This document shows positions 29,585-40,013 of a DNA stretch of 63,167 nt, piece after piece. A program made the translations under genes and the position numbers. Below the pieces are notes generated by a model. The model was not told the DNA's origin. It saw only the letters and a list, made by a program, of their open reading frames with translations, and ran no database searches. How positions within the stretch are numbered: the stretch's first letter is position 1; the number at the start of each line of letters is the position of its first letter. The DNA lies in assembly GCA_017608625.1 (NCBI GenBank), contig JAFCFN010000004.1:1-63167 (forward strand). The letters run 5' to 3'. Origin of the DNA: Candidatus Woesearchaeota archaeon (GTDB taxonomy: Archaea > Nanobdellota > Nanobdellia > Woesearchaeales > JAFCFN01).

Positions 29585-32500
29585 TTATTTATACACTTCT
29601 TTTAGTTTATTAAGCAGATGTTGTTTATATTCTTTTGTTTTTTTGATTTGTTTTTTAGTCTTTTCATCCAGTTTTTCTATATCTTTAATTATGTCTTTTA
29701 CAAATTTCTTTGCTTCTTTTTCAGCCAGCAGTTCCTTCCTTTCTTCTATTTTCTTAACTATTTCTTTTTTAACATTAATATCTTTTTCTATTTCTTTTTC
29801 AGCCTTTTTATAGTCTTCTATTTTTCCAATTCTTTCTTTAAGTTTCTTTATTGTTTCGGTTTCTATTTTATTTATATCTTTAACAGCTTTTTTGAATTCT
29901 TTTAGATCTCTTTCTTTTTTGTTTAGAACGGCTAGTTCGAGTTTCTCTTTGAAAGTAAGTGATTCTTCTTTTTCTGACAATTCCTCTTTTTTAGGCAATT
30001 TTACAAATTGTCTTTCTATTACTTTTTCCTTTTCTTTTAACTCTTCAATCTTTTCCTTCTTTTTAAATAAATCTTTTTTAATGCCAGTTAATGCATTTTC
30101 TAACTTTTTCAGCAGTTTTGTATTCTCAACTATACCAAATGTTGAAGCAGTTATTTTTTTATCCAACACTTCACACTCTTTTTGAATATTTTTTAGCTCT
30201 TCTTTTTCTTTATCAAGAAGTCTTATCTTAGACTGTTCTCTTAAAGCTAATACTCTTTCTTTATTTTTTAGTTTCCTTATTTTGTTTATGATTAACTTAA
30301 TATTTAAATCAAGGTTTTTCAATTTCTTTTCCAAGTTCTTTAAAGGAGCGTCTGCTTTCTTTTTTAGCGCATCAGGAATAACTACCCCTGCTCTTTCAAA
30401 TCTTGAGAATTTAGCTTCTTTTCTTTTGTAAAGTTCTTTGAGTAATTTAACAAATCCTTGTTTCTTGATTTGGAAATTTTGTTCATCTTTTTCAAATTCT
30501 TTTCTTACATTAGATAAAGTTGATTTTTGACTTGAAAGTTTTTCTATAGTAGTTTGCAGTAAAGCAATTCTTTCATTGGTTATAGCTTTTACAAGCTCTT
30601 TTTCTTTTTTAATAGATTCTAGCTTTTTGAGATGCTCTTTATAATCATTGAGTAAGTCCTGAGTTGCTGCAATTTTGGTTTTTATATCCTTAGATAATTC
30701 TTCATCTTTTTTGATTAATGTTAGCAATTTGTTTTCTTTGTTCTTCAACTTTCTTTCTTTTGTTTCTATTTTTCTTATATCCTCTGTCATATCTTCTATC
30801 GCTTGCTTTCTCTCATTAAGCTTTTTCAGATCTTTTTCTAATTTTGTTATCTCGTTTTCTAATCTTGTAACTTTTTCTTCATCTTTTTTCTTTATTGTTT
30901 CTAAACTAATGACAAACTCTTTACCTTCTTTTTCAAGCTCTCTTGTTTTTGCTATTTTTTCTTTTAACTCTTCAATCTTCTCTTTTTCTTTTACTAAATC
31001 TTTAGGTTTGATTGTTTTCTCTATTTCTATCTTTAGTTTGCCAGGGAACTTTTCAATTTTATCGGCCATCTTATGCCCTACTCTTATAATTTCTTCTTTA
31101 TGTCTTTGTACAGTTACTATTATAGTAATAGATCCAGAGATGCAGACAAGTGTTATTAGTATCCATAAGATATTATTTTCTATAGTATCGACCACAGAAT
31201 TTACTGCTGAGGAAATCCAAGCTATTAATTTAGGTCTTTCTTCTATGTGGGGTTTTGGGATCTCTTCCATAGGATGAATTTCTTCCGGCAGTGTTGGAGC
31301 TGTATAATTACAACTCCGTATTTCTGTTTTATTACCTAGACCACATGCTATATCTTTACATATTCTTGTTTGGGTTCCATTTTCTGTACACTCAGACCAC
31401 TCTGTGCAGTTCCATTTTATAGAACATCCTGCTTTGCCTGCTCTGCTAGGTGCAGGAGCAGCACAATCAACTGGGCAATTATTATAATCTTCTCCACTAT
31501 CACATATTCCGTCTCCGCAATAACTTTCTTGTTTTATTGAGAATCCTGATAAGTTTGTAAGTGTTATTGTTAAGGTGTCTTCTGTTTTATCTTGCACCAC
31601 ATTACTTAAATATTGCCATGTTCCTCCACATTCTTGTTGACTAAAATTCCAGTCAGCACACTTATACAAGCTAAGATAGTTTTCATTTGTAAATGCTATA
31701 TTGCTGTAATTGAAAGTTAGTGTGACATTGCTTTGGTTAAACTCACTTTCAACAGCGTATGTTGCTAAATAACCTGTTACAGGAGTTTGCTTTTTGTCTA
31801 TTCTAAGTGTTTTATTGTTGTATTTTGTTAGATTAACATTATTTAATTTTATTTTTATTGAACTATTGTATGCTTCGAAAAACAGATCATAATTCAAAAT
31901 AGGTTGTGAGCTATTCAGTGTTTCATTAAATTGATAATTGCTTACTTCTTTTTCTGTTCCAGTAATGTAAAGAGTGAGATCTACTGGAACATTATTTCCA
32001 TTACTATCTTTCACAGTTATTGTAAACTCGAATCCTGTATTTGATATGAAATAATCTGTTATGTTTACTAGATTTCCTAAAGTGTCATTAGCATAGAAAG
32101 TTATATCATATCTGCCATTAATTGTTGTTGAATAATTTAACGGGAATGATGTTATTGAAGCAGTTGTTGAGTCTGGCAGTGTTATTGTTGCCCATAGAGT
32201 TGATATATTTGAGTTATCAGTCGCATTTGCATCTATTGTTATATTCTCTCCAGTCATAACAGCAGCGGGATATATTGAGTAATTTATAGTTGGAGGAGTT
32301 ATCTCTGTTCTAATTTTATAATTATAATATTCTGTGCTATTCCAGTTATTGTATAAATCACTAGCAAGCCATCTATAATTGTATTCTCCTACTGAAAGAT
32401 TTGTAAATGTGTAATAATACACATCTCCTGATTTTGTTGTTACAGTAAAATTCTGGCCATTAAATTCTAGAATTACTTTGCTTATGTTTACATTATCTGT

Positions 32501-35500
32501 CCATGTAGCATAAAGTGTAAAGAATGTTTCATTTAGTAAAGCAGGAGATTCAGGATCTGCTCTTATGTTAAAGTAAACAGGAGCAGATAAGTCAGCTATA
32601 TTAAAGTATGTTTTTTGTGTATTATTTAGATTGTTTGATGTATCATTTACAATTATTGTTATGTTATATCTTCCTAGATAAGTTGTGTCTGTGAAGAGCT
32701 CTTCATATAAACCAGAGCTTGAGTTATAGCTTAGTTCTAGTAATTGATCGTTGTCAGCCCATTCAATATTTGCCAAAACACTATCAATAGCAGTTTCATC
32801 AGATGCATTTACCTTTATAGCGATTGGAGTATTATAATTATAAGTTACATTAGTAAGTGGAGCTGTTATAATCACACTTGGAGCAGTTATATCTATAACA
32901 TCAAAGAAATCAGTTTCTGTGTTGTTCGTATTATTGGATGCATCTCTTGCAATTATTCTTATGTAATATCTTCCTGCTGGATCTTGATTAGTAGGAGTAT
33001 AAGTATAATACCATACGTTATTGTCACTTTTTATCATGTCAAATGTCAGTGTTATGTTGTCCGGCTTTGTTATATTTAGTTTTACAGTCACATTTGTAGC
33101 GTCTATTACATTTACAGTTATATTAGTTGTTTGAGTTTGATTAATTACTCCAGGCGTTGTTGTTATGTTTATTACGGAAGGATTTTGTGTATCTTGCACT
33201 GTTATAAGGAGTGTTTTTGAGCTGGATGAATAGTTTCGCGTAGTAGGATAAACTGCTGTTATATTATAAACACCTAGTTCAGTGTATGTTGTTGTATTTT
33301 CTAATGGGCTTGTACCATTATTAATCAAAGCTCCATCTTGATATAGTTCTAGATAACCTGCTGGAGGAGTAATTGTTTCTGCCTTAATTGCTACAGCTGT
33401 GTTTATTTCTATTGTTTTATTTTCTGTAAGATTATCTAGTGTTAAATTGATCGAAGAGTTTGCTTTGTTTATCATATACTCTGACAGAGGTGTACTATTC
33501 CAATTATTGTAAACGTCGTTTGCATACCATTTATATGAATAATTTCCAGCAGGAAGGGATTGTATAGTGAAATAATACTTGTCTCCAGATTTTGTAGTTA
33601 CTGTGTTATTTTCTCCATTGAGTTCAAATAGTACAGAGTTAACTTTTATATTATCTGTCCATGTGCAATAGAAAATATAGGATTGATTAGGGCTATATGT
33701 TGTTGGTGAAACTGGATCAGTAGTTATATTACTCCAAGCTGGAGGGGAGATATCATTTATTTCAAAACTTGTTTTTTCTGTATCGTTTACATTATTGGAT
33801 GTATCATTGGCTATTATTGTTATATTGTATTCTGTTATTATTGACGTTTCATCAAAAACATTCTCATAAAATAAAGAAGTTGAATTATAGTTTAGTTTTA
33901 GTATTCTGTTATTTCCATCCCAACTTACATTTGCTAGAACACTGTCTACTTGTGTTTCATCTGTTGCATTAACTTTGATAGGTACTACAGAATTATAATC
34001 ATAAATTGTATTTTCAACAGGTTCTATAATCTCCACAACAGGTTTTGTTATGTCTAATACTGTAAAGTTTATAGTTTCTGTATCATTTATATTATTAGAT
34101 GTGTCATTTGCAATAACTCTTACGTAATATATTCCTGCTTTGTTTTGATTGTTTGCGGTATATTCATAATAGTATACATCATTGATGCCTTCTAACATTT
34201 CATAACTTTCAGTTATATTATCTGCACGGGTTATGTTTACAATTACTTTGCTAATATCTGTGTTGTCTGTTACTATGACTGTTATATTTGTTGTTTGAGT
34301 CTGGTTTATTGTAGCAGGAGTAGCAGTTAAGTTAGTTACAGAAGGATTTGTATTGTCCTCTACTTCTATGAAATGGGTTTCATAGCTAGGAGTATAATTT
34401 CTGCTTCCATTATAAATAGCAGTTATATTGTAGATTCCTGTTTCATTATATATCATAAAAATTGTTAGTGGAGATGAGCCATTAGCTATTTTTACACCAT
34501 TTTGGTATAACTCGATATAGCCTGTAGAAGGAATTATTAAGGTTGCTGTTATGTTTACTTGTAAACCAGCTTCTATTGTGATATTTTCATCATAATTGTT
34601 TAGTGTTAAGTTAATTAATGAAATCATTTTTGGATTTACTGTAACATTATCTGTTAGCTTGATTAGTTCTGTTCCTATTGAATCACATGTAACATTATAA
34701 TCAAATGTTCCGTTTTCTGCAAATGACCTGTTATATTCATATAACTCTGTTGTTGTGTTGAATATCATTATTGCACTTGAATCTGCAAAATCAATTGTAC
34801 AAATTGCAGCAAGTATGGGATTTCCATTTACAACTTTTGTATAATTAGCAAAGAATTTTATTTGTTCATCTACATATTTTGTTTGATTGGCATAAGGCAT
34901 ATCTTTATCAGTTTCATCCCAGATTACTAGTTTTGCATTTCCTGCTGTTGTAAAAGATGTAAAGTGACTTACATTAAATATCGCTGTGCCATTTACATAA
35001 CTTACATTTGAACAAATTGAAGCATTACAATACTCTCCATTTATATATACGTCAGGAGCATCCTCCCATCCGAGATTTCTGATGTAGAGTGTAGCAGATG
35101 AATTAAAACTAGAATGTAGCCCAGTGATTGTTACATTATTATAAGAAAGTTTTACTGCTGTATCAAAATCCTGATCAACTGCATTAACACATTCATGCCA
35201 TATTACCATGTCTGTATCAGGATTGTCAAGTATGGCTGTACTGTTACATACATTACTTAAATCAGGTAAAGAAGCCCAATCTGTTGTGTTTCCAGAGAAA
35301 TTACTGTAGTTTGGTACAGCCTCTCTGTTCACTTCTACAATTCTTGTTAAAGAGATATTCTTGTGTCCAAGCGAATCATAAACTTCACAATACCAGGAAT
35401 AGTTTCCGTCAGAGAGGTTCAATAATGTAAATTCTGCAGTTGTGTTTGTTCCAGATATATTGACTGTTTTGTTTAAGGTTCCTTCAAAATAAAAGGAGAT

Positions 35501-38485
35501 ATTTTTAAGGTTAAGATTGTCAATTACACTACAGTTAAAGTAAATATTTCCATCTCCATCAACTGCATTATCATTTGGTGAGAGAGAAGTAAATGAAGGA
35601 GGAGTTGTATCAACAGTAAAGCTTCTTGTTTCACTTGTATTTATATTATTTGCATCATCCCAACAAGTTATATTCCAGTAGTGTGTGCCATCACTAAATC
35701 CTGAGACTGTATAGTTCGTTGCTGTAGCATTATGACTTATTATATTGCTAGCATTGACAATACCATCAATAGTTAAATTGCAACGCAAACCTACATCAAG
35801 ATTATCTGTAGCTGTCCAATTAAAGTTAATTTCAGTAGAGCTTGTATTAAATGTATCCAATGGGGAATTTATAGTTATTGTTGGCTTTGTATTGTCTATT
35901 ATGAAATAGTATGCCATTAAATCAAAGCTGCATCTATCATAGATATCACAAGCCTCTATTTTTATCTTGTATTTTCCGTCAGTAGCTGATGTTGTATCAT
36001 ATATCTGAAATTCTGTTCCTTCTGGCACAGAACTGTTAATTGTCTCAAGAAAACCATTATCATAAGTCATTAAACTGACATTATAATCAAAAGGATCTCC
36101 ATTAGGATCATGCGACGCAAGCCAGGTTATATTTAAAATTCCTTTATAAACTTTGAAATATTCTGGATTAGTGATTTGCGGTTTTGTTGGTGGATCCCTG
36201 CCTTGTTCCCATATATCAGTCTGTAGAGTGGAGTATGCATTATTTCCTAAGCTGTCATTTGCCCAAACCTTATACTGGAACTGCTGATTGTTAGCAAAGT
36301 CAAACCAGTGAATATGTGCATCTGCCTCCCAATTATTTTCTAAGTTCCATGTTGTTCCATTATCAGCAGAATAATAAGTGTGCCCTGTTCCAAGTGTTAT
36401 GTTTTGCCTTCTTAACTCCCATGCAGCACTTATATTACTTACATCACGCGCTTCCAATATTATTGACATGTTTGGAGTAGCTTTAACACTTAATATTGTT
36501 CCATTAGAATTTATTGAGAAACGCAAGAATTTCCTTCCATAAGGCAAGGTTGGATCAAATGGTTCAAGCCCTCCAATATACACACAATTTGCATTTGTTA
36601 AAGGATCTCCTGCAGTATAACTAGAGTTACAATAATATACATCAAGATCATCTACAGTTCCTGTTTTATTGACAACATATACCTCAAGTCTATAGCTTAC
36701 ATTTTCAGCAACATAAAGTCCTGTGAAATTTATTTTTACAGAACGATTTACATAAATATCTTCGTAAGTACTGTTAAACTTATCAAGATCTTTAATAAAT
36801 AGATTGTATTTGCTTGGCCTATAAAACCAGTGAGATATATTTGCACACCATCTTCCATTTTGAAGACTGCCTCCTATTAAACTCATGTTAACATAACCAG
36901 GATCTTCTGGAATAATTCCAGCTTGCTCAGCTGTGCCACTGTTGTTATAGTAAAGTTTAGCTTCTGTTATGTTTGTTACACCTGTTATATTTACCTTTAT
37001 CTGGATATCTCCTCCACTACTAGCATTAAGATCAGAAGGAATTTGCTCCCAGTCAGAGAAAGAAGGGTATATTGAAATACCTCTAATTTGAATGTCGTCA
37101 ACTTTACACTCTTCATTTGGCACACTGCTATAACATCTAAACCTTATTTTAAAGTTAGGATTGTTATTAGCATCAGGTGTTAAACTATTGTTATCAAAAG
37201 TATAAGCAGCAGTATTTGTTCCTGTGATATTAAGCACATTAATCCAAGTTGTGCCATTATACCAATCTGCTCTTAGGTACTCTCCTGCATCAAGTCCATC
37301 AGTATCATACCAAAAACTAAAGGTTATATTCTTATAATTGGCTGTGCTAATGCTTGTTTCAATTATACTTTCACCATCTGTATTTTCAGTTTCTATATAA
37401 TAAATTCCAGCATAAGGATCATCTGTTGCAATTGCCCAAGCTCTACCTATTCCTGAAGTAGTCCAATTGTTTGTTGCTAAAGAAGCAGATTCCCAGTCTT
37501 CAAAGAATGTTCCACTGAAATTTGACAAAGGCGCAGCATCATGGATATAATCAAATTCCAGATATGTTATTGGTCCTTGGGTGCTTATAATTTTAAAATC
37601 AAACTGATTTGTTTGGTAAGAGAGATTATTTAGAATTATGTCTTGCCATTCTCCTGAAGAGTTAAATACTTTGGATTTTCCTAATAATGGGGAAGTAGTA
37701 TTAACATGATAGATTTCAAACCAAGTATTTTTAAGTTCTTGATTCCTTACATAAACATTAATAATGCTTCCATTTGTTAGATTGTGAGCAAATGTAACTC
37801 TTATAAACTCATTTGCATAAATTGGTTCTGACCAATTATCATCTTTGCGCTCAACTTCAGCAAATATGTCAGAAATGAATGAATAATTACTATCTAAATG
37901 TTCAGCAGCAGTAATATTAATCTCAGCAAATCCTGGATCCTCTGCTGTTAAAACAAAAGTATATTCTTGTCCAGGTATAATATTCATTAACTTAGTCCAG
38001 CTGCCGTGACAGCTTTGTTCTGTAAAATTCCAGTCTTTACATTTATATAACATGGTTCCTTTTGCTACTGCAGTTACAGTCGCATTATCAAAGACTATAT
38101 TGGTTGGGTCAATGGCATAAACCTCAACAAATTTTCCTTCTTTTTCATTTGGAACATCATCTATACCAATTTCAATTGTTTCATTGTATGTTAAATTATT
38201 GAATTCTATTTTCTTTACAGGGGTTGATTTTGGAATTACCTCAACCTTTTTTCCTATAATATTAATCTCTGCATAAATTGAATTATTCTTGCTATCTTTT
38301 AATTTATAATCAGCCATGGCTAAGATAGAAGCATTAGTTATATTAGTTCCATTTACTTTATAGACTGCTTCGCCTGCTTGAACAAAAATATCATTAATAA
38401 TAGGAACAGCTATTATTTGTGGCAATAATATTATAGCAACTAATGCAAAGATACAGATTCCAATTATTGCTTTTTTGTTGTTCAT
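29585..38485 (-). CDS. Giant 2966-aa membrane-anchored surface protein (Ig-like repeats, Cys motifs, one TM, ~490-aa cytoplasmic coiled coil)
   Basis: Signal peptide; many DxTxP..ANDTSNN beta-sandwich repeats; dense N-x-S/T sequons; CGDGIC motif; TM near aa 2450; K/E-rich tail. Confidence 0.85.
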   Translation of the reverse strand: MNNKKAIIGICIFALVAIILLPQIIAVPIINDIFVQAGEAVYKVNGTNITNASILAMADYKLKDSKNNSIYAEINIIGKKVEVIPKSTPVKKIEFNNLTYNETIEIGIDDVPNEKEGKFVEVYAIDPTNIVFDNATVTAVAKGTMLYKCKDWNFTEQSCHGSWTKLMNIIPGQEYTFVLTAEDPGFAEINITAAEHLDSNYSFISDIFAEVERKDDNWSEPIYANEFIRVTFAHNLTNGSIINVYVRNQELKNTWFEIYHVNTTSPLLGKSKVFNSSGEWQDIILNNLSYQTNQFDFKIISTQGPITYLEFDYIHDAAPLSNFSGTFFEDWESASLATNNWTTSGIGRAWAIATDDPYAGIYYIETENTDGESIIETSISTANYKNITFSFWYDTDGLDAGEYLRADWYNGTTWINVLNITGTNTAAYTFDNNSLTPDANNNPNFKIRFRCYSSVPNEECKVDDIQIRGISIYPSFSDWEQIPSDLNASSGGDIQIKVNITGVTNITEAKLYYNNSGTAEQAGIIPEDPGYVNMSLIGGSLQNGRWCANISHWFYRPSKYNLFIKDLDKFNSTYEDIYVNRSVKINFTGLYVAENVSYRLEVYVVNKTGTVDDLDVYYCNSSYTAGDPLTNANCVYIGGLEPFDPTLPYGRKFLRFSINSNGTILSVKATPNMSIILEARDVSNISAAWELRRQNITLGTGHTYYSADNGTTWNLENNWEADAHIHWFDFANNQQFQYKVWANDSLGNNAYSTLQTDIWEQGRDPPTKPQITNPEYFKVYKGILNITWLASHDPNGDPFDYNVSLMTYDNGFLETINSSVPEGTEFQIYDTTSATDGKYKIKIEACDIYDRCSFDLMAYYFIIDNTKPTITINSPLDTFNTSSTEINFNWTATDNLDVGLRCNLTIDGIVNASNIISHNATATNYTVSGFSDGTHYWNITCWDDANNINTSETRSFTVDTTPPSFTSLSPNDNAVDGDGNIYFNCSVIDNLNLKNISFYFEGTLNKTVNISGTNTTAEFTLLNLSDGNYSWYCEVYDSLGHKNISLTRIVEVNREAVPNYSNFSGNTTDWASLPDLSNVCNSTAILDNPDTDMVIWHECVNAVDQDFDTAVKLSYNNVTITGLHSSFNSSATLYIRNLGWEDAPDVYINGEYCNASICSNVSYVNGTAIFNVSHFTSFTTAGNAKLVIWDETDKDMPYANQTKYVDEQIKFFANYTKVVNGNPILAAICTIDFADSSAIMIFNTTTELYEYNRSFAENGTFDYNVTCDSIGTELIKLTDNVTVNPKMISLINLTLNNYDENITIEAGLQVNITATLIIPSTGYIELYQNGVKIANGSSPLTIFMIYNETGIYNITAIYNGSRNYTPSYETHFIEVEDNTNPSVTNLTATPATINQTQTTNITVIVTDNTDISKVIVNITRADNITESYEMLEGINDVYYYEYTANNQNKAGIYYVRVIANDTSNNINDTETINFTVLDITKPVVEIIEPVENTIYDYNSVVPIKVNATDETQVDSVLANVSWDGNNRILKLNYNSTSLFYENVFDETSIITEYNITIIANDTSNNVNDTEKTSFEINDISPPAWSNITTDPVSPTTYSPNQSYIFYCTWTDNIKVNSVLFELNGENNTVTTKSGDKYYFTIQSLPAGNYSYKWYANDVYNNWNSTPLSEYMINKANSSINLTLDNLTENKTIEINTAVAIKAETITPPAGYLELYQDGALINNGTSPLENTTTYTELGVYNITAVYPTTRNYSSSSKTLLITVQDTQNPSVINITTTPGVINQTQTTNITVNVIDATNVTVKLNITKPDNITLTFDMIKSDNNVWYYTYTPTNQDPAGRYYIRIIARDASNNTNNTETDFFDVIDITAPSVIITAPLTNVTYNYNTPIAIKVNASDETAIDSVLANIEWADNDQLLELSYNSSSGLYEELFTDTTYLGRYNITIIVNDTSNNLNNTQKTYFNIADLSAPVYFNIRADPESPALLNETFFTLYATWTDNVNISKVILEFNGQNFTVTTKSGDVYYYTFTNLSVGEYNYRWLASDLYNNWNSTEYYNYKIRTEITPPTINYSIYPAAVMTGENITIDANATDNSNISTLWATITLPDSTTASITSFPLNYSTTINGRYDITFYANDTLGNLVNITDYFISNTGFEFTITVKDSNGNNVPVDLTLYITGTEKEVSNYQFNETLNSSQPILNYDLFFEAYNSSIKIKLNNVNLTKYNNKTLRIDKKQTPVTGYLATYAVESEFNQSNVTLTFNYSNIAFTNENYLSLYKCADWNFSQQECGGTWQYLSNVVQDKTEDTLTITLTNLSGFSIKQESYCGDGICDSGEDYNNCPVDCAAPAPSRAGKAGCSIKWNCTEWSECTENGTQTRICKDIACGLGNKTEIRSCNYTAPTLPEEIHPMEEIPKPHIEERPKLIAWISSAVNSVVDTIENNILWILITLVCISGSITIIVTVQRHKEEIIRVGHKMADKIEKFPGKLKIEIEKTIKPKDLVKEKEKIEELKEKIAKTRELEKEGKEFVISLETIKKKDEEKVTRLENEITKLEKDLKKLNERKQAIEDMTEDIRKIETKERKLKNKENKLLTLIKKDEELSKDIKTKIAATQDLLNDYKEHLKKLESIKKEKELVKAITNERIALLQTTIEKLSSQKSTLSNVRKEFEKDEQNFQIKKQGFVKLLKELYKRKEAKFSRFERAGVVIPDALKKKADAPLKNLEKKLKNLDLNIKLIINKIRKLKNKERVLALREQSKIRLLDKEKEELKNIQKECEVLDKKITASTFGIVENTKLLKKLENALTGIKKDLFKKKEKIEELKEKEKVIERQFVKLPKKEELSEKEESLTFKEKLELAVLNKKERDLKEFKKAVKDINKIETETIKKLKERIGKIEDYKKAEKEIEKDINVKKEIVKKIEERKELLAEKEAKKFVKDIIKDIEKLDEKTKKQIKKTKEYKQHLLNKLKEVYK

Positions 38486-38778
38486 TTCTCAACAAACACC
38501 TTCTTTTTTTCATAAGCACATTTCCATAATTTTAGGAAATCCTCTACTTCAGGAGCATATTTAATAGAAACAAGAAGAACTGTTCTTCCAAGATGTTCTA
38601 TATTTAATGCTTTAATTATACCAGATTTACCATCTCTTCCTTTAAGAGCATAATAAAATCTGACTTTGTCTTTTTTCAGCAAATGTTCTGTAGAATAAGT
38701 AAAAATTAGTGCCTCTTTATAATTCTCAATAGAATTCTCTTTATCCTCTTTTTTTGCTGGCATTTTGCTAAAAAACAT
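38482..38778 (-). CDS. Small 'YALxGR' domain protein, homologous to the MNT C-terminal domain; putative regulator
   Basis: IFTY..KVRFYYALKGR..LGRTV..EDFLKLW aligns by eye with IFTY..KIKFNYALNGR..LGKGV..EEFLEKW. Confidence 0.75.
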   Translation of the reverse strand: MFFSKMPAKKEDKENSIENYKEALIFTYSTEHLLKKDKVRFYYALKGRDGKSGIIKALNIEHLGRTVLLVSIKYAPEVEDFLKLWKCAYEKKKVFVEK

Positions 38779-38786
38779 AAAATTGT

Positions 38787-38864
38787 TAATGTTAAATAGA
38801 TTAACATTACTGCTATATAAAGGTTTTGGTGTTATATTTATTAACTTGTTAAATAGGTTAACAA
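38787..38864 (-). promoter_or_regulatory. BRE/TATA promoter (TTTATATA 38821-38814) with three GTTAA-N5-TTAAC operator-like palindromes
   Basis: Copies at 38791-38805, 38831-38845 (one mismatch) and 38848-38862. Confidence 0.78.
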
Positions 38865-38994
38865 ATAATGAAAAATAAACTTTTTATTGATTATGTCCAG
38901 AAATAGGTTTTTATTAGCTTTTTTATGCTGTTAAGAATCACATAAATAAAATTCAAGACAGTTTTGTTTGCAACTAATCTGATTAAAAACAAAA

Positions 38995-39744
38995 CTAAGA
39001 TGTAGAATTCAGAACAGATAAAATGGCAGATTCTATTGGATCATCCAATCCAATTAATTCTTTTTCATCTATTGTTACAACATAATTCAATGTTGTTGCA
39101 ACTTGAGTGATTGTTTCAATTTCACCATTTATAATATTTATCTCATAAATTCGTTTTATTTTATCTTTGTCCTGTATTTGAAGTAAAAATTTTTCATTTT
39201 TTGTTTTTTCTAAATTAATTTTTTTGTTAATTCTATTTACATATTCAGATAATATTTTTTCGTCTGGATATTTCACCCCTTCAAGTTTTTTAATTGCAAG
39301 AGAGGTAACTTCTGTTATTTTTTCAACTATTCCCAGAATATCCTCATCTTTATTTTTGGTTATATTGGAAATTATTGAATGATACTCTTCAAGTGTATCT
39401 TTTACTAGTGTTTTATCATTTTCTTTTATCTTATCCCAGTTGTTAGAAATCTTTTCAACAAGCCACTTATAATCATCTAAAACATCTTTCATCTCATCAA
39501 AATATTCTTCTCTATTCTTGTTTTTGTCAAGTTCTTCTAGTTCACTAACCCTCTCATTAGCTATGTCCATGATTTTCTCTGTTTTTTCCTCAGCATTTGT
39601 TAAGGATACGTCAACCCTATCTTTTATTTTGTCTATGTACCAAAACATTGATGTTGGAGGAATTGTTAGTGTTAGTTGATTTGATATAAGTGCAATAATG
39701 ATTAACACCAACACAATAAATGCGATAGCAGGAGATCTTACCAT
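38995..39744 (-). CDS. Membrane-anchored DUF5667-like helical protein
   Basis: N-terminal TM, then PTSMFWYIDKIKDRV..ANERVSEL. Confidence 0.6.
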   Translation of the reverse strand: MVRSPAIAFIVLVLIIIALISNQLTLTIPPTSMFWYIDKIKDRVDVSLTNAEEKTEKIMDIANERVSELEELDKNKNREEYFDEMKDVLDDYKWLVEKISNNWDKIKENDKTLVKDTLEEYHSIISNITKNKDEDILGIVEKITEVTSLAIKKLEGVKYPDEKILSEYVNRINKKINLEKTKNEKFLLQIQDKDKIKRIYEINIINGEIETITQVATTLNYVVTIDEKELIGLDDPIESAILSVLNSTS

Positions 39745-39841
39745 AATAAGATACAGCTCCTCTCTTTTTAAATAATTTTTGATAATCCTCATAAACAAAA
39801 ATCAAAAGACTTATAAAAGAAAAATGAACTCTTTTAATCAA

Positions 39842-39982
39842 GCCTCGGTAGCTCAGTAGGTGGAGCACACGGCTGTTATCACAATCTTGTTAAGGATTGT
39901 TTGTGGTAACCGTGCGGTCGGCAGTTCGAGTGACATTAAATTTGCATAGCAAATTTATGGCTTGAGAATCTGCCCCGAGGCG
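39842..39982 (+). tRNA. tRNA-Asn(GTT) with introns at 37/38 (39879-39908) and 59/60 (39931-39968)
   Basis: Acceptor GCCTCGG/CCGAGGC, anticodon stem CACGG/CCGTG, T stem GGCAG/CTGCC. Confidence 0.9.
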
Positions 39983-40013
39983 TAGCCTAAATTGGCTTCA
40001 TTTATTTAAATAT

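Noticed and set aside
29178-31277. Long plus-strand ORFs opposite minD and the giant protein
   Set aside because: F/S/L-rich antisense shadows of K/E-rich coding sequence; the same applies to the other short antisense ORFs in the track.
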